From assembly GCA_963734495.1 (NCBI GenBank), contig CAVTHK010000015.1, forward strand, positions 32,001 through 96,000: DNA of 64,000 bases. The letters run 5' to 3'. Position numbers and translations under genes: made by a program. The stretch comes from an uncultured Spirochaetota bacterium (GTDB taxonomy: Bacteria > Spirochaetota > Spirochaetia > SZUA-6 > CAVTHK01). Under the pieces are notes generated by a model. It saw only the letters and a list, made by a program, of their open reading frames with translations. It was not told the DNA's origin and ran no database searches. Shown here in pieces: positions 1-11,379 of this stretch. Numbering within the stretch: position 1 is the first letter of the stretch; every line of letters starts with the position of its first letter.

Positions 1-596
1 AGCACGCTCGGCGACGTCGTCACGGCGTCGCTGGTCGGCTACGCGTTCGCCCGCCTGCGGGCGCCGGGGCGCGACTTCCTCTTCATGCTGGTGATCAGCA
101 CGATGCTCCTGCCGCACCAGGTCACGATGATCCCGGTGTTCCTGATCTTCAGGAGCATGCACGCGATCGACACCTTCGTGCCGCTCATCGCTGCGGAGCT
201 GGCTCGGCGGGGGAGCCTTCAACATATTCCTGTGCCGTCAGTTCTTTCTCACGCTGCCGCTCGAGCTCGACGACGCCGCCCGCATCGACGGGTGCGGGGT
301 GGTCGGGATCTACTGGCGGATCATCCTGCCGCTGTCGAAGCCGGTGCTGGCCGCGGTCACGGCGTTCGCTGCGGTCGCCAAGTGGAACGAGTTCCTCGAC
401 CCCGTCGATCTACCTGCAGTCGCGGGCCAAGTACGTCGTGTCGATCGGGCTGCGGCTGTTCCAGGACTACCAGGCCACCTCGTACCACTGGCTCATGGCC
501 GCCGCCGTGGTCACGATGCTCCCGTGCCTCGTCGTCTTCTTCGTCGCGCAGAAGTCGTTCGTGCAGGGGATCGCCACCACCGGCCTCAAGGGGTAG
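1..596 (+). CDS. Carbohydrate ABC transporter permease (MalG/UgpE-like), 5' truncated by window edge, frameshifted
   Basis: Joined frames read ...[36 protein letters not shown]...[14 protein letters not shown]...[11 protein letters not shown]...[15 protein letters not shown]-like loop typical of CUT1 permeases; TAG at 594-596. Confidence 0.9.
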   Translation, partial: HARRRRHGVAGRLRVRPPAGAGARLPLHAGDQHDAPAAPGHDDPGVPDLQEHARDRHLRAAHRCGAGSAGEPSTYSCAVSSFSRCRSSSTTPPASTGAGWSGSTGGSSCRCRSRCWPRSRRSLRSPSGTSSSTPSIYLQSRAKYVVSIGLRLFQDYQATSYHWLMAAAVVTMLPCLVVFFVAQKSFVQGIATTGLKG

Positions 597-610
597 CCGG
601 GGCAGGCCGC

Positions 611-786
611 CGCTGCGGGACCGGGCGCCCGCCGCGTCCGGGCCCACCCGGCCGCGGCTCGCCGGCTCCGCGCAGGCCCCGCGTACTCGCGGGGGTGGCT
701 TTCGGGCTCCGTCCCGGACCTGGCCCGGACGCTTCGGCATTCCCTCCGCTGCGCTGCGGGACCAGGGCGCCAGGCGCGTCCGGGCC
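611..786. repeat. Imperfect 35-bp direct repeat (611-644, 752-786) with an inverted 11-bp sub-copy at 722-732
   Basis: cgctgcgggacc-gggcgcccgccgcgtccgggcc vs cgctgcgggaccagggcgccaggcgcgtccgggcc; ggcccggacgc is the reverse complement of gcgtccgggcc. Confidence 0.75.
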
Positions 787-801
787 GCGGCATCCCGGAC
801 C

Positions 802-832
802 TTGACAGCTGCAAAAGCCGCGGGTATATCTT
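802..832 (+). promoter_or_regulatory. sigma70-type promoter of tRNA-Tyr
   Basis: TTGACA at 802-807, TATATC/TATCTT at 825-832, just upstream of the tRNA. Confidence 0.7.
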
Positions 833-842
833 GCGCGCCTAT

Positions 843-925
843 GGGGAGATTCCCGAGTGGTCAAAGGGGGCAGACTGTAAATCTGTTGGCTTTCGCCTTC
901 GAAGGTTCGAATCCTTCTCTCCCCA
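843..925 (+). tRNA. tRNA-Tyr (GTA), CCA not encoded
   Basis: GGGGAGA/TCTCCCC acceptor stem, GCAGA-CTGTAAA-TCTGT anticodon arm, long variable arm, GGTTCGAATCC T-arm. Confidence 0.97.
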
Positions 926-988
926 ATCGCATTCCTTGAGAGGCCGCCAGGCGCCTCGGGTCGGACGCCCGGCGAGGAGCTTGCCGGC

Positions 989-1475
989 TTGAGTTTCTAC
1001 CGCGACGGAGTCAGGTTCCGAGTGCACCCGCTGCTCGCGGTGCTGCAGACACGAACCGGGCTACGTCTTCCTCAGCGAGCTGGATCTTCGGAATCCCTCG
1101 CCGAGCACCTGCGCCTCACGCAGGACGAAGTTCTCGAACGCTACTGCCGGACCGTCGAGATCGCCGGGATCCCGCGCGTCAGCCTCAAGGAGCGCCCCAA
1201 CTACGACTGCATCTTCTGGGCGCCCGGCAGGGAGTGCACGGTCTACGAGGCGCGGCCGCTGCAGTGCCGCGCTTTTCCCTTCTGGCCGGCGAACATGGCG
1301 AGCCTCGCCGACTGGCAGAGCGGCGGCTCACGCGCTGTCCGGGCATCGGACAGGGGCCGCTGCATTCGCGGCGCACGATCGAGAAGTGGCTCCGCCGCCG
1401 CGAGCGCGAGCCCTTCATGACGCCGCCCGCGGCCCCGTCGGACCCGGCCCGGGTCGCGGGCCGGGTCGGACCTGA
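989..1475 (+). CDS. YkgJ-family Cys-cluster protein, frameshifted; end approximate
   Basis: Joined frames: FYRDGVRFECTRCSRCCRHEPGYVFL...NYDCIFW...ECTVYEARPLQCRAFPFW...CPGIGQG. Confidence 0.85.
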
Positions 1476-1482
1476 GGCCTCC

Positions 1483-2431
1483 ATGAAGGTGAAGTTCTGG
1501 GGCGTGCGCGGGTCCATCCCGACGCCGCTGACCGCGGACAAGCTCAGGAGCCGCATCGCCGCCGTCATCCAGCGGGTCCGGCCGTCCGACCTCGCCAGCC
1601 CCGAGAGCCGGGAAGCGTTCCTGTGCCGGCTGCCGCCCGTACCTCTTCGGGCTCGTCGGGGGCAACACGACCTGCGTCGAGGTCCGAGGCGACGACGGCG
1701 GCGATGGTGATCATCGACGCCGGCACCGGGATCCGGGAGCTCGGCCTGGAGCTCGCCCGCTGCCGCGAGGCGCCTCGCGAGTACCACGTGCTCATCACGC
1801 ACTATCACTACGACCACCTGCAGGGGCTGCCGTTCTTCGACCCGATCCTCCGCGAAGGGCAACAAGGTGACCTTCTACAGCCCGACCGCCCAGATGGAGA
1901 AGTATATTCGCGGACAGATGAGGGCGCCCTATTTCCCGGTGGGCATGGAAGCGCTGCCCGCCGACGTGGAGTTCCGCGTGCTCGAGGGTCACGCCGCGCG
2001 AGGTCGCGGGAATGCGGTGTCCTGGCGCAAGATGAAGCACCCCGGCGATGCCTATTCCTACCGCTTTTCGCAGCGGCGACAGGAAGATCATCTTCGCGAC
2101 CGACTCCGAGATCACCGAGGCGGAGTTCCAGGACAACGCAGGAGAACAGGGCCTACTTCCAGGGCGCAGACCTGCTGATCCTCGACTCCCAGTACACCCT
2201 GCAGGAGTCGCTGAACAAGATGGACTGGGGGCACACGTCCTACAGCCTGGCGGTCGGACCTGGCCGCGCGGTGGGACATCGGGACGCTGGCGCTCTTCCA
2301 CCACGAGCCGCAGTACCCGGACAAGAAGGTGTACGCGATGCTGCGGTCGGCCAACTGGTACGTCGGGCACCTGGAGCACAGCGGACACGCGGATCGTGCT
2401 GGCGATCGAGGGAACGGAGCTGAGCTTCTGA
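1483..2431 (+). CDS. Metallo-beta-lactamase-fold hydrolase, frameshifted
   Basis: MKVKFWGVRGSIPTP, GGNTTCVEV, IIDAGTGIR, THYHYDHLQG (HxHxDH), KHPG, WGHTS, LFHHEP across three frames. Confidence 0.88.
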
Positions 2432-2668
2432 ATGAGCGACGAGAGCGCGGTGCGCCTGTCCGCAGAGGAGGCCCGCAGGCTCTACGCGCGTGCTGGCGGC
2501 GCGCGGGGAAAGCCCGATTCGGTTCTGGGCCGGCTGCTCGCAAAGCTCGAGGGCCACCTGTACCGGACGATGACGATCGAGGAGATCGAGCTTCTGAGGC
2601 AGAGCGCGGATGAGGCGGCGCGCGGGCGCCGGGCAGCAGGGCCGAGGTCCGGGCCGGTGATCGCGTGA
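2432..2668 (+). CDS. Small hypothetical protein coupled to mltG
   Basis: ATG directly follows the MBL stop; helical text LLAKLEGHLYRTMTIEEIE; stop overlaps next start. Confidence 0.55.
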   Translation: MSDESAVRLSAEEARRLYARAGGARGKPDSVLGRLLAKLEGHLYRTMTIEEIELLRQSADEAARGRRAAGPRSGPVIA

Positions 2669-3713
2669 CCTGGGGCGGAGATGCGCGGTTCGTGGAGAGC
2701 GCCGCCGGCGTCGTGGCCTCCGTCCTGGGGGCGCTGGTGCTGGCGGGGGGCGCGTTCCGGGTGATCAACGGGCCCGGGCGCGGCCCTCGAGAGCGAGAGC
2801 GCGCCTGTTCCGGGTGCGCGAAGGCGACACCGCCGACGCCATCGCCCAGCGGCTGCAGGACGAGAAGCTCGTGCGCTCGGCGGCGCTGGTGCGGGCCGTG
2901 ACCCGCGGTCATGGGCACGGGGTCGGCCTTCAAGGCGGGCAACTACCGCTTCCGCGCCGGCGCCACGGCCCTCGAGATCTACAACGCCCTCGTCTCGGGC
3001 GAGCAGAGCCTCGTCAAGGTCACGGTCCCCGAGGGCTACACGATGGGCAAGCTGGCGGCGCTGCTGGAGCGCCGGCGGGTCTGCTCGCGCGAGGATTTTC
3101 TCCGCGCCGCCCATTCGAAGGAGCTGCTGGCAGCCTGAGGATACCGGCCCGCAGCGCGGAGGGATACCTGTTCCCGGACACCTACTTCCTGCCCGAGGAG
3201 TACCCGGCCGACGAAGTCGTCCGCACGATGGTGGAGAACTTCTTCGCCCGGGTGCGGCAGCTCGAGCCGGAGACCGCGGAATGGAAGCCGGAGGCCCTGC
3301 ACCAGGAGCACGTGATCCTCGCCTCGATCGTGGAGCGCGAGTACCGGATTCCGGCCGAGGCGCCGATCATCGCGTCGGTTTTCCGCAACCGGCTGAGCTA
3401 CGGCATCGGTCTGGAATCGTGCGCCACGGTTGAGTATATTATCACCGAGATCGAGGGGCGGCCGCATCCCGGTTTCATCACCGGTCAAGACATCAAGATC
3501 GACTCGCCGTACAACACGTACAAGTGGGCGGGGCTGCCGCCGGGGCCGATATCGAACCCCGGGCTCGTCGCGCTCGAAGCCGCGTTGCACGCCCCGCAGA
3601 CGGACTACTACTATTTCGTGCTGAAGGATCCGGCGACGGGGGAGCACCACTTCTCGACGAGCCTTCGCGGGCACATCGAGGCCAAGCGGTACTACCTCAA
3701 GAGCCCCAGCTAG
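2665..3713 (+). CDS. mltG: Endolytic transglycosylase MltG, frameshifted
   Basis: N-terminal TM, VTVPEGYT, EGYLFPDTY, ILASIVERE (catalytic Glu), SVFRNRL, SPYNTYKWAGLPPGPISNPG. Confidence 0.93.
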
Positions 3714-3821
3714 TCGGGCGCGGCCGGGCCTGACGGGCTGCCAGGCCGGGGCGCGGCCGGCGGCCAGGCCGGGCCGGTGCCGGACAGCTTCAGGGCAGCC
3801 TGGGCGCGCAGGGCGGGGACC

Positions 3822-5583
3822 TTGGCGGAGGAACGGGACAGCAAGGACGAGATCCTCAGGCGCCTCGACATGGCCGAGGTGGTCGGGGAGTACGTGCAGC
3901 TCCGCCGCCGCGGGGACCGGCTGTGGGGGCTGTGCCCGTTCCACAACGAGAAGACGCCGTCGTTCTCGGTCAACCCCGACAAGGGCGTCTTTTACTGCTT
4001 CGGATGCCACAAGGGCGGCGATCTCTTTACCTTCGTCATGGAGGCGGAGAAGCTCTCGTTCGTCGAGGCGCTGCGGCTCCTCGCGGAAAAGGCGGGGGTC
4101 GAGATCGGCGCCGGGCGGACGCCCGCGGACGACCGGCGGGAGGCGCTCCTCGAGCTCAACAAGCGAGTCGCAGGCACCTATGCGTGGCTGCTGCGCGAGA
4201 GCCGGGCGCGCGAGGCGGAGCAGGCGAGGGGGTACCTGCAGTCGCGGGGCTTCGGCCGCGGAAGCGATCGAGCTTTTCCAGGTCGGCTATGCGCCGGAAG
4301 ACCGGGGATGGACGGCGAGGTTTCTCGAGGAGCACGGCTACTCGCGGGAGTTCCTGCGGAGCTCCGGGCTCCTCCGCGACGACCTCGGCGGTCTGTTCCG
4401 GGGCCGCGTGATGTTCCCGATCGAGAACGTGCGGGGAGAGATCCTCGGATTCGGCGGCCGCGCCATGGGCGATGCGCATGCCGAAGTACCTGAACAGCCC
4501 GGAAACGGCCCGGTGTTCCGCAAGCGGGAGGCCGTGTTCGGCCTGCGGCAGGCGGTGGACTCGATCCGGAAGAGCGGGCGCTTCCTCCTGATGGAGGGCT
4601 ACACCGACGTGATGGCGAGCCACCAGGCCGGCGTGACGAACGCGGTCGCCACGCTGGGCACGGCGCTCAGCGAGGATCAGATCCGGCTGATGCGGCGGTA
4701 CGCCGGCGTGGCCGTCCTGGTGCCCGATGCGGACGAGGCGGGCCGGACCGCGGCCCTTCGCGGCCTGGAGTCGCTCGAAGGCGCCGGCTTCGAGGTCGAG
4801 GTCGTGCGCCTGCCGGGCGAAAACGACCCCGCCGACCTGGTGCGCGAAGAGGGTGGCGAGAAGTTGCAAAAACTTCTAAAATATCCTATAAGTGGGTTCG
4901 AGTATCTTCTGGAATACGCCCAGGAGCGATGGGACGCCAGGACCCCTGGAGGAAAAGAAGGTATTTTCAGGCAGTTGCTGCCTCTTCTCAGGAAGACGTC
5001 GTCCGAGGTGAAGCGTGACGGGTATTTTGCGCGACTCGCCGACGTCCTTGAAGTGCGCCCCGAGTCGCTGCGCAGCGAGTTCGCGCGAGGACGCCCGGCG
5101 GAGCCGGAGCCGGCGCGCCGCAAGGCGCCGGGCGCTGTCGCCGGAGCTGTTCATGATGCTCGCGGTCGCCGCGAACCCGGAGCAGTACCCGGCGCTGCGC
5201 GCGCGTGATCTCCGCCTGGAGGACCTGCAGGACCCGAGAGCGCGTCAGGTGTATCTCGCTCTCGAAGAGTGTTTCCGGGCGGAGCAGCAGGGACTGCGGG
5301 CGCTGGTGGAGCGCATCGACGACGCCGACCTGCGGACCTTGATCCTGGAAAAGGCGGCGACCGAGGAGTTCGGCGGCGAACCCCGAGGCGCTCATCCGCG
5401 ACGCGACGCGCTGGCACAAGCGCGGGCGGCTGGAGGAGCGGCGGCAGCGGCTCGTAGCGGAGATCCGTCGCGCGCAAGCGGCGGACCCTGACGCCGTGAG
5501 GCGGCTGCAGGAGGAGAAGATGAGCCTCGATCAGGAGATAGAAGAGCTGAGGGTGGCGACAGGATGTCGGATCTGCAGAATGA
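3822..5583 (+). CDS. dnaG: DNA primase, frameshifted; ends approximate
   Basis: Zn finger CPFHNEKTPSF...FYCFGC, FRGRVMFPI, GFGGR, KYLNSPE, TOPRIM EGYTDV and DADEAG; overlaps rpoD start. Confidence 0.95.
4864..4892 (+). promoter_or_regulatory. Candidate internal sigma70 promoter in dnaG (for rpoD)
   Basis: TTGCAA-N17-TATAAG in an AT-rich patch. Confidence 0.55.
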
Positions 5584-7293
5584 TCCAGCGGTGATCAAGC
5601 TGCTCGAGTTCGCCAAGGCCAAGTCGAGCATCACCTACGACGAGGTGAGCGACTTTCTGCCCGACACGATCATGGGCACGGAGAAGATGGGCGAGGTCAT
5701 CAGCCTGCTCGAAAAGAACAACATCCGCATGGAGGACGAGGCCGACGCGATCGCGGCGGCCGACGCCCGGCCCGAAGCCGGAGAAGGCGCAGAAGCGGCT
5801 GATCTACAACGAGAAGGACTCGGCGATCGACGATCCTATCCGGCTGTACCTCCGCGAGATCGGCAAGGAGAACCTGCTCACGGCGGAGCAGGAGGTGACG
5901 CTCTCCAAGCGGATGGAGGAGGGCGGGCAGATCATCAAGGACGTCGTGCGGACGTCGCCGCTGATCATCTCGGAGTTCTACCGCCTCGCGAGCAAGGCGC
6001 TGTCCAAGCGCGATCCTCGCGAGCTGAACCTCACGAAGAAGGAGATCTCGGAGTACCTGGCGGAAAAGCGCAGGATCGCGCAGTTCTACAAGGACGCCGA
6101 TGCGGCAGCACCTCTCGGGTCGGTGCGGGCCTACATGGAAGCGAAGCGCTCCCTGGAAGAGAGCGAGCTTTCTCGCCGACGAGGGGCTCGCCAGGAAGCG
6201 GCGCGACCTCGTGACCTGGCTTTCCAAGGTCGACATCCACCCGGACGACATCAACGCGATCTCGGAGCGGTTCGCGGGGGCCGCGCGCAAGATCCGCGAG
6301 ATCCAGCGCGAGCGGGAGAAGATCGAGCGCAGGCTCAAGGTCGCGAGCCAGAAGGACATGCGCAACATCGGGCGCAGGCTGGCGAACCCCAAGGAGAGGG
6401 ACGCGATCGAGAAGGAGCTGGCGCTCCCCGCGGACAAGATCAAGAACAAGATCCGGCTGGTGCAGGTCAACGACAAGAAGCTGAAGAAGCTCGACGCCGA
6501 GTTCGAGAGCAACACCGAGGAGATCCTCTCGATGGCGCGCGAGATCGACCGCGGCCGCCGGATGATGAAGACCGCCAAGGACAAGCTGATCAAGGCCAAC
6601 CTGCGGCTGGTCGTGAGCATCGCGAAGAAGTACACCAACCGGGGGCTGCACTTCTTCGACCTGGTGCAGGAGGGCAACATCGGGCTGATCAAGGCGGTCG
6701 AGAAGTTCGAGTACCGCAAGGGGTACAAGTTCTCGACGTACGCGACCTGGTGGATCCGGCAGGCGATCACCCGCTCCATTTCCGACCAGGCCCGCACCAT
6801 CCGGGTGCCCGTGCACATGATCGAGCAGATCAACAAGGTCCTGCGGGAGTCCCGGCAGCTCATGCAGGTGCTCGGCCGCGAGCCGACGGACGAGGAGGTG
6901 GCGGACAAGCTCGGCTGGTCGGTGAACCGCGTCAAGAGCGTCAAGAACGTGGCGCGGGAGCCGATCTCGCTCGAGACGCCGATCGGCGAGGAAGAAGACT
7001 CGCTGCTCGGGGACTTCATCGAGGACAAGGACGTGGAAAACCCGGCGAGCCAGACCGCGTTCAAGCTGCTGCAGGAGCAGCTCGAGGACGTCCTGGCGAC
7101 GCTGCCGCCGCGCGAGCAGGAAGTCCTCAAGATGAGGTTCGGGCTCGAAGACGGCTACTCGCTCACGCTCGAGGAGGTGGGCCTCTATTTCAACGTGACC
7201 CGCGAGCGCATCAGGCAGATCGAGGCCAAGGCTCTGCGGAGGCTGCGCCATCCCAAGCGCAGCCGGAGACTCAAGGATTATCTGGACAATTGA
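5564..7293 (+). CDS. rpoD: Primary sigma factor RpoD, frameshifted
   Basis: [57 protein letters not shown]...[18 protein letters not shown]. Confidence 0.98.
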
Positions 7294-7294
7294 G

Positions 7295-8106
7295 ATGAAG
7301 AAGACGGAACAGGCCAAAGAAGCCACGATGGAAAAGGTGTTCGAGAAGCTGCGGACCCTGCAGGGGATCCTCTCGCAGAAGTTCGAGATCGAAAAGGAGA
7401 TCGACGAGATCCCCAAGATCCTGTCGACCAAGACGGAGCTGCTGAACCGGCTCAAGAAGACCTACGTCGAGCGCAACGCGGAGTACGAGGCCACCCAGAC
7501 CAAGATCAAGGACATCCGCGAGCGGATGACGTCGGCCGAGCAGGAGCGGCAGAAGTTCGAGCAGCAGATGGACGTCATCAAGACCCAGCGCGAGTACGAG
7601 ACGCTCGACAAGGAAATCAAGGACGCGAACGACCGCGAGCAGAACCTGCGCAAGGACCTGCAGGCCCAGACCAAGCGGCTCGAGGAGATGAAGGTGAGCC
7701 TCGACCGCGAGGCCCAGATGATCGAAAAGCAGGAAGAAGAGGTCAAGGGCGAGCAGTCGCGGCTCAAGCACGAGATCAAGGAGCGGGAAAAGGAGCTCGG
7801 CAAGCTGCAAAAGGACGAGGCCAAGGTCACGCCCGGCCTCGACGGCGAGATCCTGTTCAAGTTCGAGCGGATCATCCGCAGCAAGTCCGGCGTCGGGATC
7901 GTTCCGATCATCAAGGGCGTCTGCACGGGATGTCACATGATCCTCGCGGGGCAGTTCGTCAACGACGTCCGCAGGGGCGACCGTATCCAGTTCTGCCCGC
8001 ACTGCAGCCGCATCCTCTACTACGAGGACCAGGGCGGGGCCGAGGACATGACGGCGTTCGAGACGGGCGCCTTTGCCGCCGAGAAGAGGAAGCCGAGGAG
8101 GAGTAG
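7295..8106 (+). CDS. Coiled-coil protein with C4 zinc ribbon (DUF164/CT398/HP0958-like)
   Basis: Long coiled coil then CTGCHM...CPHCSRILYY; acidic tail ends at TAG 8104-8106 if one indel is corrected. Confidence 0.9.
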
Positions 8107-8121
8107 AGACAGGACAGCGAC

Positions 8122-8502
8122 AGGGCAGGCGGGACACCGCTGCCGGCGGCGCGATTGCCGCGTCGCCGGTAGAGGAAAGTCCGGGCTCCGCAGAGCATGG
8201 CACCGGATAACGTCCGGGGGCTCCGGCGCGCAAGCGACGGGTCACAGACAGCGCCACAGAAAACAAACCGCCCGCCCTCGCGCGAGTCCGACGGGAGAGC
8301 AAGGGTGAAAAGGCGGGGTAAGAGCCCACCGCCCGGAGCGGCAACGCCCGGGGCACGGCAAGCCTTGCCAGGAGCAAAGCCAAGCAGCAGGGGGTGGCTC
8401 GCCCCGTACCTGCGGGTAGGCTGCTGCCCATCGACCGCGCGGGCGACCGCCGCGGCCAGAGAGATGGTGTCCGTAAACAGAACCCGGCTTACGGCCTGCC
8501 CT
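8122..8502 (+). ncRNA. rnpB: RNase P RNA (type A)
   Basis: GAGGAAAGTCCGGGCTC, GCCACAGAAAA, GGGTGAAA, GGTAAGAGCCCACC, GGAGCAAAGCCAA, ACAGAACCCGGCTTAC; P1 agggcaggc/gcctgccct followed by a T-tract. Confidence 0.97.
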
Positions 8503-8534
8503 TTTTCTTCATGGGTCAGGGAGGGGACCTTCGG

Positions 8535-9489
8535 ATGTATCGCAATCTCGATCGCTACCGGTACAGCAATCCCGTGCGCGCCCGCAAGCGGCGCGTGCGC
8601 CTTTTGCTGGCGGCGTGCATCCTGGTGGCGGCGGTCGGGCTCGCGGTCCTCGGCATCCTCTTCCTGCGGCCGGCCCTCGAGCGGCGGTCGGCGGCCCGGG
8701 GGCAGCACGCGGACCTGGCCGCGCTCTGGCGCCAGGGGCTGTACCGCGAGGTCGCGACCGCCGCGTCGCAGGAGCTCGAGCGGGAGCCGATGAGCTGGAG
8801 GCCCCTGGCGTACTTCGGGCTCGCCAGCTACTACCGCGCCTACCAGGAAAAAGCCCTCGAAGACCGGATCCCGCTGCTCGATCAGGCGATCGCGGCGCTG
8901 CGGCGCGCGCGTCTCGACCCGAAAGCCCCGGCCCGCGGGCAGATCGAGCAGGCTCTCGGCGAGGCCTACTACTACAAGGGCCGCTTCTACTACGACCTCG
9001 CGGTCAAGTACATCGAAAGCGCGATCGCCTCCGGGTACATCGACCGCAACGCCCACGAGTACCTCGGTCTCGCGTACGGGGGGCTCGGTGACGCCGCAGC
9101 GCGAGCTCGCCGCGTTCCAGAAGGCGGCGGAGAAGGACCCGTCGGACCTGCTGCTGCTCTCCATCGGCAAGAGCTATCTCAAGCTCGGCCAGAGGCAGCA
9201 GGCGGAAGAAAACCTGCTGCGGGCCTTGAACAAAACCGAAGACCCGAATATAGAGAAGGAGAGCCGATTCAGGCTGGCCGACATCTACCGGGAGCGGGGG
9301 GACCTCGTCAAGGCCGAGGCGGAGTACCACGCTATCGTCGCAGTCGACCCTGATTCTGCTGAGGCGCATTTCCAGCTCGGCGAGCTGTACAGTGCGATGA
9401 ACGATCCGGTGAGGGCGCGGGCGGAGTACCGCAGGACGCTGGTGATCGACCCGACTCACTACGGGGCCAAGCGGCGGTACTACCGGTAG
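8535..9489 (+). CDS. Membrane-anchored TPR protein, frameshift near 9090
   Basis: Basic N-terminus, TM helix, TPR-like repeats (EAHFQLGELY, AHEYLGLAY). Confidence 0.85.
9226..9254 (+). promoter_or_regulatory. Candidate internal promoter for the mreB operon
   Basis: TTGAAC-N17-TATAGA in an A-rich patch about 250 nt upstream of mreB. Confidence 0.4.
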
Positions 9490-9504
9490 GGTGGAGGGGG
9501 CGGG

Positions 9505-10539
9505 ATGGCACTGGGGGGATTGATCAACGGTTTGTCGACCGACCTGGGGATGGACCTGGGTACGTGCACGACGCTCATCTACATCAAGGGCAAGGGCGTC
9601 GTGCTCTACGAGCCGTCGGTCGTCGCGATCGAGAAGGGCACGAAGAGGGTCGTCGCCGTCGGGACGGAAGCTAAAAAGATGCTCTGGCGGACGCCCGGCG
9701 ACATCGTCGCGATCCGGCCGCTGAGGGACGGGGTCATCGCCGACTTCGAGATGACCGAGAAGATGATGCGGTACTTCATCGGCAAGGTCCTGCCGAACCG
9801 CTGGCTCATCAAGCCGCGCATGGTCATCGGGGTGCCTTCGGGAATCACGGAGGTGGAAAAGCGCGCCGTCCGCGAGAGCGCGGAGCAGGCGGGAGCGAGG
9901 GACCCCGTGTACCTCATCGAAGAGTCGATGGCGGCGTCGATCGGCGCGGACATCCCCATATACGAGCCTGCCGGGCACATGATCTGCGACATCGGCGGGG
10001 GTACGACGGAGATCTCGGTGATCTCGCTGGGCGGGATGGTGGTGTCGAACACGATCCGCATCGGCGGCGACGAGTTCGACGAAGCCATCATCAAGCACGT
10101 GCGCAACGTGCACAACCTGCGGATCGGCGAGCAGACCTCCGAGACGCTCAAGATGACGATCGGCAACGCGATCTCCGACGGCCAGATCGAGAAGATGGAA
10201 ATCAAGGGGACCGACGCGATCACGGGCCTTCCACGCCGCATCGAGGTCGATTCGGTCGAGGTCCGCGAAGCGCTGCAGGGGCCGATCAACGCGGTCATCG
10301 ACGAGGTCAAGCGGACGCTCGGCCAGACGCCGCCTGAGCTGGCCGCCGACATCGTGGAGCGCGGGATCGTGATGAGCGGAGGGGGCTCGCTGCTCAAGGG
10401 GCTGCCCAAGCTGATCGCCAAGGAGACCGGAGTGCCTGTGATCCTGGCCGAGAACCCGATGATGTGCGTGGCCATCGGGGCGGGCCGGTTCCTTGAGACG
10501 CTCAAGGAGAACAGCAGGCGCTTCTACAGCAAAGGCTGA
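9505..10539 (+). CDS. mreB: Rod shape-determining protein MreB
   Basis: [55 protein letters not shown]; intact. Confidence 0.98.
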   Translation: MALGGLINGLSTDLGMDLGTCTTLIYIKGKGVVLYEPSVVAIEKGTKRVVAVGTEAKKMLWRTPGDIVAIRPLRDGVIADFEMTEKMMRYFIGKVLPNRWLIKPRMVIGVPSGITEVEKRAVRESAEQAGARDPVYLIEESMAASIGADIPIYEPAGHMICDIGGGTTEISVISLGGMVVSNTIRIGGDEFDEAIIKHVRNVHNLRIGEQTSETLKMTIGNAISDGQIEKMEIKGTDAITGLPRRIEVDSVEVREALQGPINAVIDEVKRTLGQTPPELAADIVERGIVMSGGGSLLKGLPKLIAKETGVPVILAENPMMCVAIGAGRFLETLKENSRRFYSKG

Positions 10540-11378
10540 TGCTCCGCGAATTCTTCTCCAAGCGCAGGAACGGCACGACGTTCGTCGCGCTGGCCGGCGC
10601 GTCGATCGCCCTGATCCTCGCCTCGACGGGCGCCAATCTGGACCTGCCCAAGGCCGTGGGGCTCGGGCTGTTCGCGACCGTCCAGAGGACGATCACCGGT
10701 TCCGTGCAATGGGTTCGCAGCACCTTCGACTCGATCGGCGAGCTCCGGCGCACGCGGGAGGAGCTCGAGGTCCTGCGCGGGCGGCTGCAGGAGGCCGAGC
10801 GGGTGTCGCGAGACATCGTGCGCCTCCGCCGGGAGAACGAACAGCTGCGCGAGCTCGTCGGGCTCGCGGAGCGGACGCCGTACCGCAACTTTCCCGCCAG
10901 GGTCATCGCGAAACAGCCCGGCAACACGTCGAGCCAGCTCGTCCTCGACCGGGGCGGCCTCGACGGGGTCCGCCGCATGATGCCCGTCATCGCCCAGCAG
11001 CGGGGGATCACGGCGCTGGTCGGCAAGGTCGTTACCGTGAGCCGCCGCACGTGCGCCGTGCTGCCGATCACCGGGCAGACGAGCTACGTGGCCGCGCGCC
11101 TCGAGGCGTCCCGCTACGACGGGCTGCTCGCGGGCCAGGGCGAGGCGAGCCCCTTTCTGCTGCTGACCCACGTGAGCACGCTCGCGGTCAAGGAGATCGC
11201 CTACGGCGACGTCGTGGTGACCTCCGGACTGGGACAGCTCTTCCCGGCCGACATCCAGATCGGCCGGGTGCGCACGATCCGGTCCCTGCCTCAGGCGTCG
11301 TCTCTCGAGCTCGAGGTCGAGCCCTTTATCGACATGTCGCGGCTCGAGCAGGTCCTCATCGTGGACACGGGACAATAG
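10539..11378 (+). CDS. mreC: MreC
   Basis: TM, coiled coil (LRRENEQLRELV), ARVIA, GDVVVTSGLGQLFP; position in operon. Confidence 0.95.
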   Translation: MLREFFSKRRNGTTFVALAGASIALILASTGANLDLPKAVGLGLFATVQRTITGSVQWVRSTFDSIGELRRTREELEVLRGRLQEAERVSRDIVRLRRENEQLRELVGLAERTPYRNFPARVIAKQPGNTSSQLVLDRGGLDGVRRMMPVIAQQRGITALVGKVVTVSRRTCAVLPITGQTSYVAARLEASRYDGLLAGQGEASPFLLLTHVSTLAVKEIAYGDVVVTSGLGQLFPADIQIGRVRTIRSLPQASSLELEVEPFIDMSRLEQVLIVDTGQ

Positions 11379-11379
11379 A

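Noticed and set aside
1234..1710. YkgJ-MBL fusion
   Set aside because: The MBL gene has its own RBS (gagg) and ATG at 1483; continuity is attributable to an indel.
3714..3821. Short GC repeats between mltG and dnaG, and the GC-rich parE/parC spacer (44714-44831)
   Set aside because: 10-12 nt matches in near-pure GC sequence are expected by chance.
3822..7293. dnaG and rpoD (also rpsA, parC, parE, ftsH) as pseudogenes or programmed frameshift genes
   Set aside because: Essential genes with intact motifs; shifts are scattered with no shared slippery site, as expected of long-read indels.
7295..8308. Zn-ribbon ORF extending 200 nt into RNase P RNA
   Set aside because: Correcting one indel gives an acidic tail ending at TAG 8106, before rnpB.
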